A stretch of 64,000 nt of DNA from an uncultured Microbacterium sp. (GTDB lineage Bacteria > Actinomycetota > Actinomycetes > Actinomycetales > Microbacteriaceae): the NCBI RefSeq assembly GCF_963524805.1, contig NZ_CAURGG010000009.1:84154-148153 (forward strand). Reading direction: 5' to 3'. The notes below the pieces were generated by a model that saw only the letters and a list, made by a program, of their open reading frames with translations, had not been told where the DNA came from and made no database searches. Made by a program: the position numbers and the translations under genes. Below, in pieces: positions 30,647 through 40,949 of this stretch. Within the stretch, counting starts at the first letter, position 1, and each line of letters opens with the position of its first letter.

Positions 30647-32332
30647 TCAGGACTCGTCGATCTCGACGAGGTACTTCGCGTACGCCGGCAGGGTGAGGAA
30701 TGCCGGGAACTCCTGACCCAGCGCCACCTCGCGGAAGATCTGCGCGGCGTCGTCGTAGCGGTCGCCCGCGAGTCGGTCGAGACCGCTCAGCACCTGGACG
30801 ATCAGATCTTCGATGTACTCGCGCGTGATCCGGTCGCCCTCCTCGGTCGAGCGGTCCTGATGGATCCACTGCCACACCTGGCTGCGTGAGATCTCGGCGG
30901 TCGCGGCGTCCTCCATGAGGTTGTCGATGGCCACCGCTCCCAGCCCCCGCAGCCAGGCCTCGATGTAGCGGATCGCCACCGACACGTTCGCGTGCACGCC
31001 GGCTGCCGTGACCGGGCGCCCGATGTGCACGTCGAGCAGATCCCGTGCCTGCACCTCGACGTCGTCGCGCTGCCGGTCGATCTGATTCGGACGATCGCCG
31101 AGCACGGCGTCGAACTCCGCCTTCGCGGTCGGAATCAGGTCGGGATGAGCCACCCACGTCCCGTCGAAGCCGTCGGCTGCCTCGCGCTTCTTGTCGGCGG
31201 CGACCTTCTCGAACGCGCGGGAGGTCACCTCGGGGTCGCGGCGGTTGGGGATGAACGCGCTCATGCCGCCGATCGCGAAGGCGCCCCGCTTGTGGCAGGT
31301 CTTCACGAGCAGTTCGGTGTACGCGCGCATGAACGGCACCGTCATCGTGACCTCGCTGCGGTCGGGCAGCACGAACCGTGCACCGCGGCCGCGGTAGTTC
31401 TTGATGATCGAGAAGATGTAGTCCCACCGGCCCGCGTTCAAACCCGCGCAGTGGTCGCGCAGTTCGAAGAGGATCTCCTCCATCTCGAAGGCGGCCGGCA
31501 GCGTCTCGATGAGCACCGTCGCGCGGATCGTCCCGTGCGGGATGCCGATGTACTGCTCGCTGAAGGTGAAGACGTCGTCCCAGAGCTTCGCCTCCTCGCT
31601 CGATTCGAGCTTGGCGATGTAGAAATACGGTCCCCGCCCGTTCGCGATCAGGCGTTCGGCGTTGTGGAAGAAGTAGAGGCCGTAGTCCACGAGTGATCCG
31701 GATGCCGCCATCCGGCGCCCTGTGCGGTCGGTGAACTGCACGTGGGCTTCGCTCAGGTGCCAGCCGCGGGGCCGCATCACGATCGTGGGGGTTCGCTCCG
31801 CGGTGACCTCGTACGTCTTGGCCGGTGCCGTCTGCGACGCCGGGCTGGTGAAGGACAGCTCGCCGCGGATCGCGTCGCGCAGCGACAGCTGCCCTTCGAT
31901 CACGTTCTTCCACGTCGGGCTCGTCGCGTCCTCCTGGTCGGCGAGCCAGACCCGCGCCCCCGAATTCAGGGCGTTGATGGTCATCTTCGGGTCGGTCGGA
32001 CCGGTGATCTCGACCCGGCGGTCCTCCAGCCCCGGACCCGCGCCCGCCACCCGCCAGTCCGCGTCCTCGCGGATGTGCGTCGTGTCGTCGCGGAAGCGCG
32101 GGTCGTGGCCGTTGCCGATCTCGAAGCGACGGCGCATGCGGTCGGCGAGGCGGTCATGCCGGCGCGCGGCGAACCTGTGGTGCAGCGCCGTGAGAAACGC
32201 CAGGGCCTCGGGCGTGAGGATCTCGTCGTAGCGGGTGCCCATCCGGCCGACGACGTCGAGGGAGGGCTCGGTGGACGGGGTGAAGAGGGGACCGGTGCGC
32301 GTGCGCATCGGTGCGGCGGTTGCAGGTGTCAT
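30647..32332 (-). CDS. aceB: Malate synthase A
   Basis: DRRVEITGP, NALNSGA, D.ED, VMRPRGWH, GLNAGRWDYIFS, LMEDAATAEISRSQ. Confidence 0.95.
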   Translation of the reverse strand: MTPATAAPMRTRTGPLFTPSTEPSLDVVGRMGTRYDEILTPEALAFLTALHHRFAARRHDRLADRMRRRFEIGNGHDPRFRDDTTHIREDADWRVAGAGPGLEDRRVEITGPTDPKMTINALNSGARVWLADQEDATSPTWKNVIEGQLSLRDAIRGELSFTSPASQTAPAKTYEVTAERTPTIVMRPRGWHLSEAHVQFTDRTGRRMAASGSLVDYGLYFFHNAERLIANGRGPYFYIAKLESSEEAKLWDDVFTFSEQYIGIPHGTIRATVLIETLPAAFEMEEILFELRDHCAGLNAGRWDYIFSIIKNYRGRGARFVLPDRSEVTMTVPFMRAYTELLVKTCHKRGAFAIGGMSAFIPNRRDPEVTSRAFEKVAADKKREAADGFDGTWVAHPDLIPTAKAEFDAVLGDRPNQIDRQRDDVEVQARDLLDVHIGRPVTAAGVHANVSVAIRYIEAWLRGLGAVAIDNLMEDAATAEISRSQVWQWIHQDRSTEEGDRITREYIEDLIVQVLSGLDRLAGDRYDDAAQIFREVALGQEFPAFLTLPAYAKYLVEIDES

Positions 32333-32458
32333 GTTCCTGTCTTCCTGTGAGCGAGTTCGTGAACGTGTGCGCGGGACGCTCCAGCTCGGCGTGTGTGCCG
32401 GCCGGCATCCCGAGATCCGCGTCTGGATCGTCCGTGCTGGTCGTGTCTCCACTCTGCG

Positions 32459-32515
32459 GTGAACTTCCGTGGACACCCCGACGAATCGACGTGTGAACTT
32501 TCGGGAGAATTCTCC
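32459..32515. promoter_or_regulatory. Candidate RamB-type operator: GTGAACTTCCG / GTGAACTTTCG repeats plus palindrome GGAGAATTCTCC
   Basis: At 32459-32469, 32493-32503 and 32504-32515, between aceB and the divergent regulator. Confidence 0.45.
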
Positions 32516-32535
32516 TTTCGTGACAGAATCACCGT

Positions 32536-34014
32536 ATGCAGACCAGGAACAGCCGCGATGCCGGCCCCGACCTCCTCGACGATGGGGAGGTGGACTCCCT
32601 CACGATCGGCCGCCGCATCCGGCAGCTGCGCACGGCGCGCGGCATGACGCTCGACGACCTGGCAACCGCCGTCGAGCGCGTGCCGAGCCAGCTGTCCATG
32701 ATCGAGAACGGCCGGCGCGAGCCCAAGCTGACGCTGCTGCGTGCGATCGCCCGCGCGCTCGGGACGACCCTCGATGCCCTGCTGGAATCCGAGCCGCTGG
32801 ACGAGCGCTCGGCGATGGAGATCGCCCTCGAGCGGGCGATGCGCGGTCAGACGTTCCAGGCGCTCGGCATCGCGCCGTTCCGCATCGGCAAGACCGTGCC
32901 CGATGAGGCGCTCGCGGCCATGCTCGCGCTGCAGAGCGAGATCGAGCGACTGCGCGACGAGCGGGCCGCGACGCCGGAAGAAGCCCGCCGGGCCAACGTC
33001 GCGCTGCGCCGCCTGATGCGCACGCAGAGCAATCACTTTCCGGAGCTCGAGCAGCAGGCGGAGCGCATCCTCGCGGCCGTCGACCACCCGGGCGGGCCGC
33101 TGACCCAGCGGACGGCATCCGACATCGCCGCCCATCTCGGGTTCACCCTGCACTACGTGCGCGATCTTCCGCAGACGACCCGCAGCGTCGCCGACATCAA
33201 GAACGGCCGGCTGTACCTCTCCAGCCGGCTGGCGTCCAAGGGCGACCCGCGCACCGCGGTGCTGCAGGCGCTGTCCAGCCGCATCCTCGGCCACACCGAG
33301 CCGACCAGTTACGCGGAGTTCCTGCGCCAGCGCGTGGAGACCAACTACCTCACCGGTGCGCTGCTCGTGCCCGAAGAGCACGCGGTTCCGTTCCTGCAGG
33401 AGGCGAAGGGGCGGCGGGCGATCTCGATCGAGGACCTGCGCGACGCGTACTCGGTGTCGTACGAGACGGCCGCGCACCGGTTCACCAACCTCGCGACCGT
33501 GCATCTCGGCATCCCGGTGCACTTCCTGAAGGTGCACGAGTCCGGCACCATCACGAAGGCGTACGAGAACGACGACGTGAACTTCCCGACCGACCGGCTG
33601 GGGTCGATCGAGGGGCAGATGTGCTGCCGGCGGTGGACCTCGCGGGTCGTGTTCGACGAGGACGACCACTTCAACCCGTACTACCAGTACACCGACACCG
33701 GCAACGGAACGTACTGGTGCACGGCGCGCGTGGAGCTCTCCAGCGAGGGCGCGCATTCGGTCTCGGTGGGGGTGCGCTTCGATGACACCAAGTGGTTCAT
33801 CGGCCGCGACACCCCGAACCGCGGAGTGTCGAAGCACTCGGTGGAGGTCTGCTGCCGCCGCGCACCGGCCGATCTCGAGGCGAGCTGGCGCGAGAACTCG
33901 TGGCCGAACGTCCGCACCCCCCGCACGCTGCTGGCGACCCTGCCGACCGGCGCCTTCCCCGGGGTCGACACGACGGATGTGTACGAGTTCCTCGAGGCGC
34001 ACGCTCCGCGCTGA
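32536..34014 (+). CDS. XRE-family RamB/PrpR-like regulator of the glyoxylate shunt
   Basis: N-terminal HTH (IGRRIRQLR...LSMIENGRREP), VSYETAAHRF, Cys-containing C-terminus; divergent from aceB-aceA. Confidence 0.8.
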   Translation: MQTRNSRDAGPDLLDDGEVDSLTIGRRIRQLRTARGMTLDDLATAVERVPSQLSMIENGRREPKLTLLRAIARALGTTLDALLESEPLDERSAMEIALERAMRGQTFQALGIAPFRIGKTVPDEALAAMLALQSEIERLRDERAATPEEARRANVALRRLMRTQSNHFPELEQQAERILAAVDHPGGPLTQRTASDIAAHLGFTLHYVRDLPQTTRSVADIKNGRLYLSSRLASKGDPRTAVLQALSSRILGHTEPTSYAEFLRQRVETNYLTGALLVPEEHAVPFLQEAKGRRAISIEDLRDAYSVSYETAAHRFTNLATVHLGIPVHFLKVHESGTITKAYENDDVNFPTDRLGSIEGQMCCRRWTSRVVFDEDDHFNPYYQYTDTGNGTYWCTARVELSSEGAHSVSVGVRFDDTKWFIGRDTPNRGVSKHSVEVCCRRAPADLEASWRENSWPNVRTPRTLLATLPTGAFPGVDTTDVYEFLEAHAPR

Positions 34015-34057
34015 CCTCGCCGGTTGGCAAGGCCTCACGCGTGAGCCTCGGCCCTTC

Positions 34058-34120
34058 CGTCGACTTGTCGTATATGTCGGCGCAGCGCGGCGTGTCGCCG
34101 ACATATACGACAAGTCGACG
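34058..34120. repeat. Perfect 25-bp-arm palindrome (REP-like)
   Basis: CGTCGACTTGTCGTATATGTCGGCG-N13-CGCCGACATATACGACAAGTCGACG. Confidence 0.85.
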
Positions 34121-34146
34121 CGGGGGGAGGGATGCCGGGCGGCGGG

Positions 34147-35526
34147 TCACCGCCCGGAGATGAGGTCCGCGAGGTGCGCGAAGGCCGATGTGCGGGTCGA
34201 TCGGCCGCGAGACTCCGCGCGATCGGCTGTGCGATAGGCCGCGTAGATGCCCTGCACCGCGAGCCAGCGCAGCGGCTCGATCTCCCAGCGCCGGGCGCGG
34301 TGGCCGACCCAGGGCAGCCGGGTCAACTCGGTGTCGCGGCGCAGCACGAGGTCGGCGAGCGTGCGTCCGGCCAGATTCGTCGCGGTCACCCCGGTGCCGA
34401 CGTACCCGCCCGCCCAGCCCAGCCCGGTTGCGGCATCCAGGCCTACCGACGCCGACCAGTCGCGTGGCACGCCCAGAACGCCGGCCCACGCGTGCGCGAT
34501 CGGCACGTCGGCGGCGGCGGGGAAGAAGTCCCGCAGCAGCGACGCGAGCGCGGCGATCGTGTGCTCCTGCGTGCGGCCATCCGTATCGACGCGCGATCCG
34601 TACCGGTACGGCACCCCGCGGCCGCCGAACGCGATGCGGTCATCCGCCGTGCGCTGGGCGTACATGTAGACGTGGGCGAAGTCGCCGAGCACCTCGCGTC
34701 CGTCCCAGCCGAGCTGCTCCCAGACGGTCGCGGGCAGCGGCTCGGTCGCGATCATGGACGAATTCATCGGCAGCACGGCGCGGTGCTGGCCGCGGAGGTC
34801 GGGAGTGAAGCCCTCGGTCGCTCGCAGCAAGAACGGCGCGGTGACCACTCCGCGATCGGTGACCGCGCGGCCGGGGGAGAGCTCCGCGACCCGGGTGTCC
34901 TCGTAGATCGGCACGCCGAGTCGTTCGACGACATCGGCGAGCCCGCGGGCGAGCTTCGCCGCGTGAAGGCGCGCCGCGTGCGGATGCCATACCCCGCCCA
35001 CCGCGCCGGCGATCGCGATGCGGGAGCCGGTGGTCGCGGCATCCCATTCCTCGACGTCCGTTGCGGGCCAGGACCGCTCCGCTGCCGCGAACGCGCGCAG
35101 TCGCGCCAGCTGCGCGGGGGAGCGCGCGACGTTCAGCTCGCCGCCCTTCACGATGTCGGCGCCGATGCCCTCGCGCTCAGCCACGGCGATCACCTCGTCG
35201 ACCGTGTCGTTCAGCGCGCGCTGCTGAGCGATCGCCGCATCCCGGCCGTGCGTGGCGACGTACTGCTCCCGGCCCCCGGTGACGGAGTTGGTCAGCCACC
35301 CGCCGTTGCGGCCCGATGCGCCGAACCCCGCGAAGCGCTGCTCGATCACGGCGATGCGCAGATCCGGCTGTGCGCGCTTCAGGTAGTACGCACTCCACAG
35401 GCCCGTGTAGCCGGCGCCGACGATGCAGACGTCGAGATCGATCGAGCCGGGCAGGGGCGCTCGCGGCTCCGGGATGCCGCCCTGCTGCGTCCACCAGAAC
35501 GACACGGCGCCGTTGATCACGACCAT
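34147..35526 (-). CDS. FAD-dependent oxidoreductase (DAO family, PuuB-like)
   Basis: IVGAGYTGLW.AY, GASGRNGG, AWAG.LG, GGYVG.GV; adjacent to polyamine genes. Confidence 0.8.
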   Translation of the reverse strand: MVVINGAVSFWWTQQGGIPEPRAPLPGSIDLDVCIVGAGYTGLWSAYYLKRAQPDLRIAVIEQRFAGFGASGRNGGWLTNSVTGGREQYVATHGRDAAIAQQRALNDTVDEVIAVAEREGIGADIVKGGELNVARSPAQLARLRAFAAAERSWPATDVEEWDAATTGSRIAIAGAVGGVWHPHAARLHAAKLARGLADVVERLGVPIYEDTRVAELSPGRAVTDRGVVTAPFLLRATEGFTPDLRGQHRAVLPMNSSMIATEPLPATVWEQLGWDGREVLGDFAHVYMYAQRTADDRIAFGGRGVPYRYGSRVDTDGRTQEHTIAALASLLRDFFPAAADVPIAHAWAGVLGVPRDWSASVGLDAATGLGWAGGYVGTGVTATNLAGRTLADLVLRRDTELTRLPWVGHRARRWEIEPLRWLAVQGIYAAYRTADRAESRGRSTRTSAFAHLADLISGR

Positions 35527-35624
35527 CCGCACAGGGTATCCGCGCCCCGCCCCTGGTTCGTCCGTCGTCTACGCACGGGTGGCGCCGGGTTTTGCGTACA
35601 CGGGTGACGAACGAAGCAGAAGGG

Positions 35625-37154
35625 TCAGGAGGTGAGCCGCAGTGCGGCCCACACATCGGCGCGGGCCGCGAACGAGCCGAGGTCGGAATCCAGCGCCTTC
35701 TCCGCGGTGGCGATGCGCGCGCGGACGGTGTGGCGGTGCACACCGAGGGCGCGCGCGGTCGCCTCGTGCGAGCAGTCGTTCGCCAGCCACACCTGCACGG
35801 TCTCGAGCAGTGATGTTCCCTGCTCGCGGTCGTGCTGCCGCAGCGGTGCGAGGGTGGCTTCGGCCACCGTGCGCGCCTCGGGCGAAGCCGGGACCGAGAG
35901 CACTCCGGCCGCCGCGACGTCTTCGAAGCGGGTGACCCCGGGTCCGGGGCGGTCGCGGGCCAGCTGCGCCTGATCCGCCGCCACCGCGAACGCGTCGTAT
36001 CCCGCCGGCGCCGACACGCCCATCCGCTCATCGAATCTCTCGGCGAACTCCTCGAGCAGATCCGATCCGGATGCCGGGACCACCAGCACCAGCCCGTCGT
36101 CGCCGCGACCGAAGAACAGCCCGCCGCGGCGCTCGTCCGCCCGCAGCTCGAGCCACTCGCGCACGGCATCCCGGCGGCCGGCGGCAGCATCGGTCATCGC
36201 CACGAGCACCGGCGGGGGGGGCAGGCCGCCCCACAGATCCCGGGCGACCCGACGAGCCAGTGCGGGATCGTTGCCCAGCAGGGAATTCACCAGGCCCGCC
36301 CGCAGCAGCGTGCGCGCGCGGTCCAGGCCCTGCTGCTGCTCGAGCGCGAGGCCGGCCATCGCGACGACCGCCGTCACCACTCCGCGCCCCTCCTGATCGA
36401 GGTCGCCGGCCGCCATCGCGATCACCCCGCGAAGGTGCCCCCCGCGGCCCAGTGTCTGCAGAGTGAACGCCGTGCCGCCGATCCTGAGCGAGGAGGCGGC
36501 GCGCGCACCGCGGCGCAGCACCACTCCCACCTCGGTGCCCAGCTCGGCCGCCGCGGTGGTATCGAGGGCGGCCGGGTGCTCACGCGTCAGCGTGCCCGCC
36601 GCGTCGTAGAGGCCGACCCAGGCGTCCAGCTGCCGGGCGAGCTCGGCCAGCGTCGCGCCCAGTCCGTCGGGGCGCAATGCGGCGAGCGAGATCGCCTTCT
36701 GCGCGGCGAGCGCCCAGCTGCGACGCGCGTACGACTGGGCGGCGATCGCCTCGGCGCCGGCGCGGGCCACCGCGATGAAGGGCGTTCGATACGGAACCTC
36801 GAACAGCGGCATCCGCTCGTCACGGCACGCTTCGGCCAGGGCAGGAGGGATGCCGTCGCGGACGACCTCGGTTCCGAAGCCGAGTCCCACCACCCCGCGC
36901 GCCGAGAGGCGCCGCACGTACGCCCGGTACACGCCGGACTCGTCCTCGGCACCCTCGAACTGCGTCCCGGTCGTCAGGAGCGCGAGACCCTCGGAGAGGA
37001 ACGGCGTCGGGTCCGCGAGATCGGAGCTGTGCACCCAGCGGATCGGAGCATCCAGAGCCGCGTCGAGCTCGGACGCATCGCCTTCCAGGCGCAGGTGCAG
37101 ATCCCGCCGCCCCAGCAGCGCCCGCAGGGTGGGCGCGTCGGCTGTCGTGGCCAT
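35625..37154 (-). CDS. PucR-family transcriptional regulator
   Basis: IRWVHSSDLADPTPFL, LFEVP..TPF, C-terminal ATARALGVHRHTVRARI. Confidence 0.92.
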   Translation of the reverse strand: MATTADAPTLRALLGRRDLHLRLEGDASELDAALDAPIRWVHSSDLADPTPFLSEGLALLTTGTQFEGAEDESGVYRAYVRRLSARGVVGLGFGTEVVRDGIPPALAEACRDERMPLFEVPYRTPFIAVARAGAEAIAAQSYARRSWALAAQKAISLAALRPDGLGATLAELARQLDAWVGLYDAAGTLTREHPAALDTTAAAELGTEVGVVLRRGARAASSLRIGGTAFTLQTLGRGGHLRGVIAMAAGDLDQEGRGVVTAVVAMAGLALEQQQGLDRARTLLRAGLVNSLLGNDPALARRVARDLWGGLPPPPVLVAMTDAAAGRRDAVREWLELRADERRGGLFFGRGDDGLVLVVPASGSDLLEEFAERFDERMGVSAPAGYDAFAVAADQAQLARDRPGPGVTRFEDVAAAGVLSVPASPEARTVAEATLAPLRQHDREQGTSLLETVQVWLANDCSHEATARALGVHRHTVRARIATAEKALDSDLGSFAARADVWAALRLTS

Positions 37155-37252
37155 TCCCGCTCCGATCGATGTACGCAGGGTACGGTTGCTCCTCACAGAA
37201 TGTACATCGCGGCACGTGCGGGCGCGGCATCCTCCGGCCTACGCTCGCGACC

Positions 37253-38620
37253 ATGAGCACGACTGCATCCGACACTCTCATCGCACCCGTTCCCGTCGGC
37301 GGACCGGACCTGCCGCAGGAGCGGCGCATGGTCACGAGCATCCCGGGGCCCCGCTCGCAGGAGCTGCTGGCGCGCAAAGCCGCCGCCGTCGCCGCCGGCG
37401 TGGGTCACACGGTGCCCATCCAGGCCGTCGCTGCGGGCGGCGGCGTGGTCGTGGATGCCGACGGCAACTCGCTGATCGACCTCGGTGCCGGCATCGCGGT
37501 GACCACCCTGGGCAACGCGCACCCGAAGGTGGTCGCGGCCGTGCAGGAGCAGGTCGCCCAGTTCACGCACACGTGCTTCATGGTCTCGCCGTACGAGTCG
37601 TACGTCGCCGTCGCCGAAGCTCTCAACCGCATCACGCCCGGCTCGCACGCCAAGAAGTCCGCCCTGTTCAACTCGGGCGCCGAGGCGGTGGAGAACGCGA
37701 TCAAGATCGCCCGCAAGTACACCAAGAAGCAGGCGGTCGTCGCGTTCGATCATGGGTACCATGGCCGCACGAACCTGACGATGGCGCTGACCGCCAAGAG
37801 CATGCCCTACAAGAGCGGGTTCGGACCCTTCGCGGGGGAGATCTACCGCGCGCCGATGTCCTACCCCTTCCGCGACGGCCTCAGCGGTGCGGATGCCGCG
37901 CGCAAGGCGATCTCGATCATGGAGAAGCAGGTCGGGGCCGACAATCTCGCCGCGGTCATCATCGAGCCGATCCAGGGCGAGGGCGGGTTCATCGTTCCGG
38001 CCGACGGGTTCCTGCAGGACCTGCAGGCGTGGTGCCGCAGCAACGACGTGGTCTTCATCGCCGACGAGATCCAGACCGGGTTCGCCCGCACCGGCGCGAT
38101 GTTCGCCAGCGAGCTGATGGGCATCGAACCGGACCTCATCACGACCGCCAAGGGCATCGCCGGCGGGCTGCCGCTCGCGGCGGTCACCGGCCGTGCCGAG
38201 ATCATGGACGCCGCGCACACCGGCGGGCTGGGCGGGACGTACGGCGGCAACCCGATCGCCTGCGCGGCCGCGATCGCCGCGATCGACGTGTTCGAGAACG
38301 ACGGGATGATCGAGCGCGCCCGCGAGATCGAGACGATCCTCACCAGCCGGCTGTCTCAGATGAAGGCGGACGACCCGCGGCTGGGCGACATCCGCGGTCA
38401 CGGAGCCATGATCGCGGCCGAGTTCGTCGTGCCCGGAACCGGTGACCCCGACGGCACCCTCACCGGCGCGATCGCCAAGGCGTGCATCGCCGAGGGCGTC
38501 ATCGTGCTCACGTGCGGCACCTACGGCAACGTCATCCGCTTCCTGCCTCCGCTGTCGATCTCCGACGAGCTGCTCCACGAGGGTCTCGACGTCCTCGCCG
38601 CCGCCTTGAGCGCGGCCTGA
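37253..38620 (+). CDS. gabT: 4-aminobutyrate aminotransferase
   Basis: FTHTCF, NSGAEAVENA.K, YHGRT, EPIQGEGG, ADEIQTGFARTG, AKGIAGGLP, GGTYGGNP. Confidence 0.92.
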   Translation: MSTTASDTLIAPVPVGGPDLPQERRMVTSIPGPRSQELLARKAAAVAAGVGHTVPIQAVAAGGGVVVDADGNSLIDLGAGIAVTTLGNAHPKVVAAVQEQVAQFTHTCFMVSPYESYVAVAEALNRITPGSHAKKSALFNSGAEAVENAIKIARKYTKKQAVVAFDHGYHGRTNLTMALTAKSMPYKSGFGPFAGEIYRAPMSYPFRDGLSGADAARKAISIMEKQVGADNLAAVIIEPIQGEGGFIVPADGFLQDLQAWCRSNDVVFIADEIQTGFARTGAMFASELMGIEPDLITTAKGIAGGLPLAAVTGRAEIMDAAHTGGLGGTYGGNPIACAAAIAAIDVFENDGMIERAREIETILTSRLSQMKADDPRLGDIRGHGAMIAAEFVVPGTGDPDGTLTGAIAKACIAEGVIVLTCGTYGNVIRFLPPLSISDELLHEGLDVLAAALSAA

Positions 38621-38703
38621 GTCATCCGCGTGGGATCCGGTGGGGGAGCCGGTCCTGCGCGGTGTCCGCACTTCCCGCAGCAGCATCGAGCAAAGGAGCC
38701 GAC

Positions 38704-40062
38704 ATGGTCGAACTGAACCGTGACGTCGTGATCGTGGGGGCCGGCGCCGCCGGGCTGACCGCCGCCAACGAATTGAAGAAGGCGGGCCTGTCGGTCGCGG
38801 TGCTCGAAGCGCGCGACCGCGTCGGCGGGCGCCTGCACACCGACGTCATCGACGGGGCGATGCTCGAGATCGGCGGACAGTGGGTCTCGCCCGACCAGCA
38901 GGCACTGATCGATACGGTGGCCGAGCTCGGCCTCGAGACCTTCAGCCGCTACCGCGACGGCGACAGCGTCTATGTCGGCCCCGACGGCGTGGCCCAGCGC
39001 TTCACGGGCGAGATGTTCCCGGTCTCGGCCGAGACCGAACGCGTGATCGCCGACATCACCGACCGCCTCGATGCCATGGTCGCCGAGATCGACCCCGACC
39101 GGCCCTGGGCGCACGAGCGGGCGGCCGAGTGGGACCACGTCACCTGGGATGCCTGGCTGCGCGCGCAGACCGATGACGACGAGGCGGTGCGCAATCTCGC
39201 CTTCGCAACGGGGTCGGCGATGCTGACCAAGCCGACTCACACCTTCTCGCTGCTGCAGTCGCTCCTGATGGCGGCATCCGCCGGCTCGTACTCGCACCTG
39301 GTCGACGCCGATTTCATCCTCGACAAGCGGGTCGTCGGCGGGCTGCAGCAGGTTCCGCTGCTTCTGGCCGAGCGCCTGGGCGAGGACGTGTTCCTGAACC
39401 AGGCCGTCCGCACCCTCGAGTGGGGCGACAGCGGCGTGACGGCGATCGCCGACGGCATGACCGTCCGCGCGCGTTTCGCGATCCTCGCGCTCGCGCCCAA
39501 CCTCTATCCGCGCATCTCGTTCGTGCCGGCGCTGCCGCGGCTGCAGCACCAGATGCACCAGCACATCTCGATGGGCTTCGTGATCAAGGTGCACGCGGTG
39601 TACGACCGTCCGTTCTGGCGGGAGCAGGGCCTCTCGGGCACCGCCTTCAGCCCGTACGAGATCACGCACGAGGCCTACGACAACACGAACCACGGCGACG
39701 AGCGCGGCACGTTGGTCGGCTTCGTCTCCGACCAGCGCGCCGACGACGTCTTCCGCCTCTCGGCCGAGGAGCGCCGGGAGGCGATCCTCGAGTCGCTGTC
39801 GCACTACTACGGGCCCGAAGCGAAGAATCCGGTCGTCTACTACGAGAGCGACTGGGGCAGCGAGGAGTGGACGCGCGGTGCGTACGCCGCGAGCTTCGAC
39901 ATGGGCGGGCTGCACCGGTACGGAGCAGACGCGCGCGAGGCCGTGGGACCCATCAGCTTCGCGTGCAGTGATCTGGCCGGGGCCGGGTACCAGCACGTGG
40001 ACGGCGCCATCCGCATGGGCCGGCTCGTGGCTTCGCAGATCCTCGACGGGGCTCGCGCGTGA
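38704..40062 (+). CDS. puo: Putrescine oxidase (flavin amine oxidase)
   Basis: GAGAAG, EARDRVGGR, LEIGGQWVSPDQ, EEWTRGAYA, GYQHVDGA; polyamine gene context. Confidence 0.85.
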   Translation: MVELNRDVVIVGAGAAGLTAANELKKAGLSVAVLEARDRVGGRLHTDVIDGAMLEIGGQWVSPDQQALIDTVAELGLETFSRYRDGDSVYVGPDGVAQRFTGEMFPVSAETERVIADITDRLDAMVAEIDPDRPWAHERAAEWDHVTWDAWLRAQTDDDEAVRNLAFATGSAMLTKPTHTFSLLQSLLMAASAGSYSHLVDADFILDKRVVGGLQQVPLLLAERLGEDVFLNQAVRTLEWGDSGVTAIADGMTVRARFAILALAPNLYPRISFVPALPRLQHQMHQHISMGFVIKVHAVYDRPFWREQGLSGTAFSPYEITHEAYDNTNHGDERGTLVGFVSDQRADDVFRLSAEERREAILESLSHYYGPEAKNPVVYYESDWGSEEWTRGAYAASFDMGGLHRYGADAREAVGPISFACSDLAGAGYQHVDGAIRMGRLVASQILDGARA

Positions 40063-40949
40063 GCGGGCGCATCGTCGCCGGATACACGGCCACGGAAGCG
40101 GGAGAGGATGCCGTCGCGCTCGGTGCGCGCCTGGCCGCGGCATCCGGTTCCGATCTCGAGATCGTGGTCGTCCTTCCCGCCGACGACCGCAGCGTGATCA
40201 CTCCGCCCGACGCGAGCTACGACCGCTACCTGCGCGGTCAGGCCGCATCGTGGCTCGAAGCGGCCAGCGCACTGGTGCCGACGGAGGTCTCGTTCGCCAC
40301 CAATGTCCGCTTCGCCGACTCGTTCGCCGAGGGCCTCGTCGCCGCCGCCGAGGAGTTCGGCGCCTCGCATATCGTCGTGGGGGCCGCCAACGGCGGCCTG
40401 CGCGGTCGTCACCGGCTCGGTTCGGTCGCCACCGAGCTGCTGCATTCCGCCACCGTGCCGGTCGTCCTCGCGCCGGAGGGCTCCCGGCGGATCGACCCGG
40501 CGACCGGGGTGACCCGCATCACCGCGGCGATCGGCACCCGTCCGGGCGCCGATGTCCTGCTCGAAGAAGCGACCTCGCTCGCCGCATCCACCCGCGCCGA
40601 ACTGAGGCTGCTCTCGCTCGTGACAGTCGACCTCCCGCCGAGCGTGGACACCGGCGTGATCAGGGTCGCCGGCGCGGCCCACGCCGACCAGGTGCTGGCC
40701 CAGGCGCGCGCGACCGTCGCGGGCGCCGGTGACGCCGACGTCGTCGTCGGCCGCGGTGACAGCATCGAAGACGCCGTGCAGCACCTCAGCTGGGAGCCGG
40801 GGGAACTGGCGATCGTCGGCTCCAGCCGGCTCGCGCAGCCCCGCCGGCTGTTCCTCGGTTCGACAGCGGCGAAGATGCTGCACGAACTTCCCGTTCCCAT
40901 GATCGTGGTCCCGCGCACGCGCGCCACCACCGAAGGAGGATCGCGATGA
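40059..40949 (+). CDS. Universal stress protein (tandem USP domains)
   Basis: IVVG...LGSVATELLHSA.VPV; second domain GS..FLGSTAAKML. Confidence 0.88.
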   Translation: MSGRIVAGYTATEAGEDAVALGARLAAASGSDLEIVVVLPADDRSVITPPDASYDRYLRGQAASWLEAASALVPTEVSFATNVRFADSFAEGLVAAAEEFGASHIVVGAANGGLRGRHRLGSVATELLHSATVPVVLAPEGSRRIDPATGVTRITAAIGTRPGADVLLEEATSLAASTRAELRLLSLVTVDLPPSVDTGVIRVAGAAHADQVLAQARATVAGAGDADVVVGRGDSIEDAVQHLSWEPGELAIVGSSRLAQPRRLFLGSTAAKMLHELPVPMIVVPRTRATTEGGSR

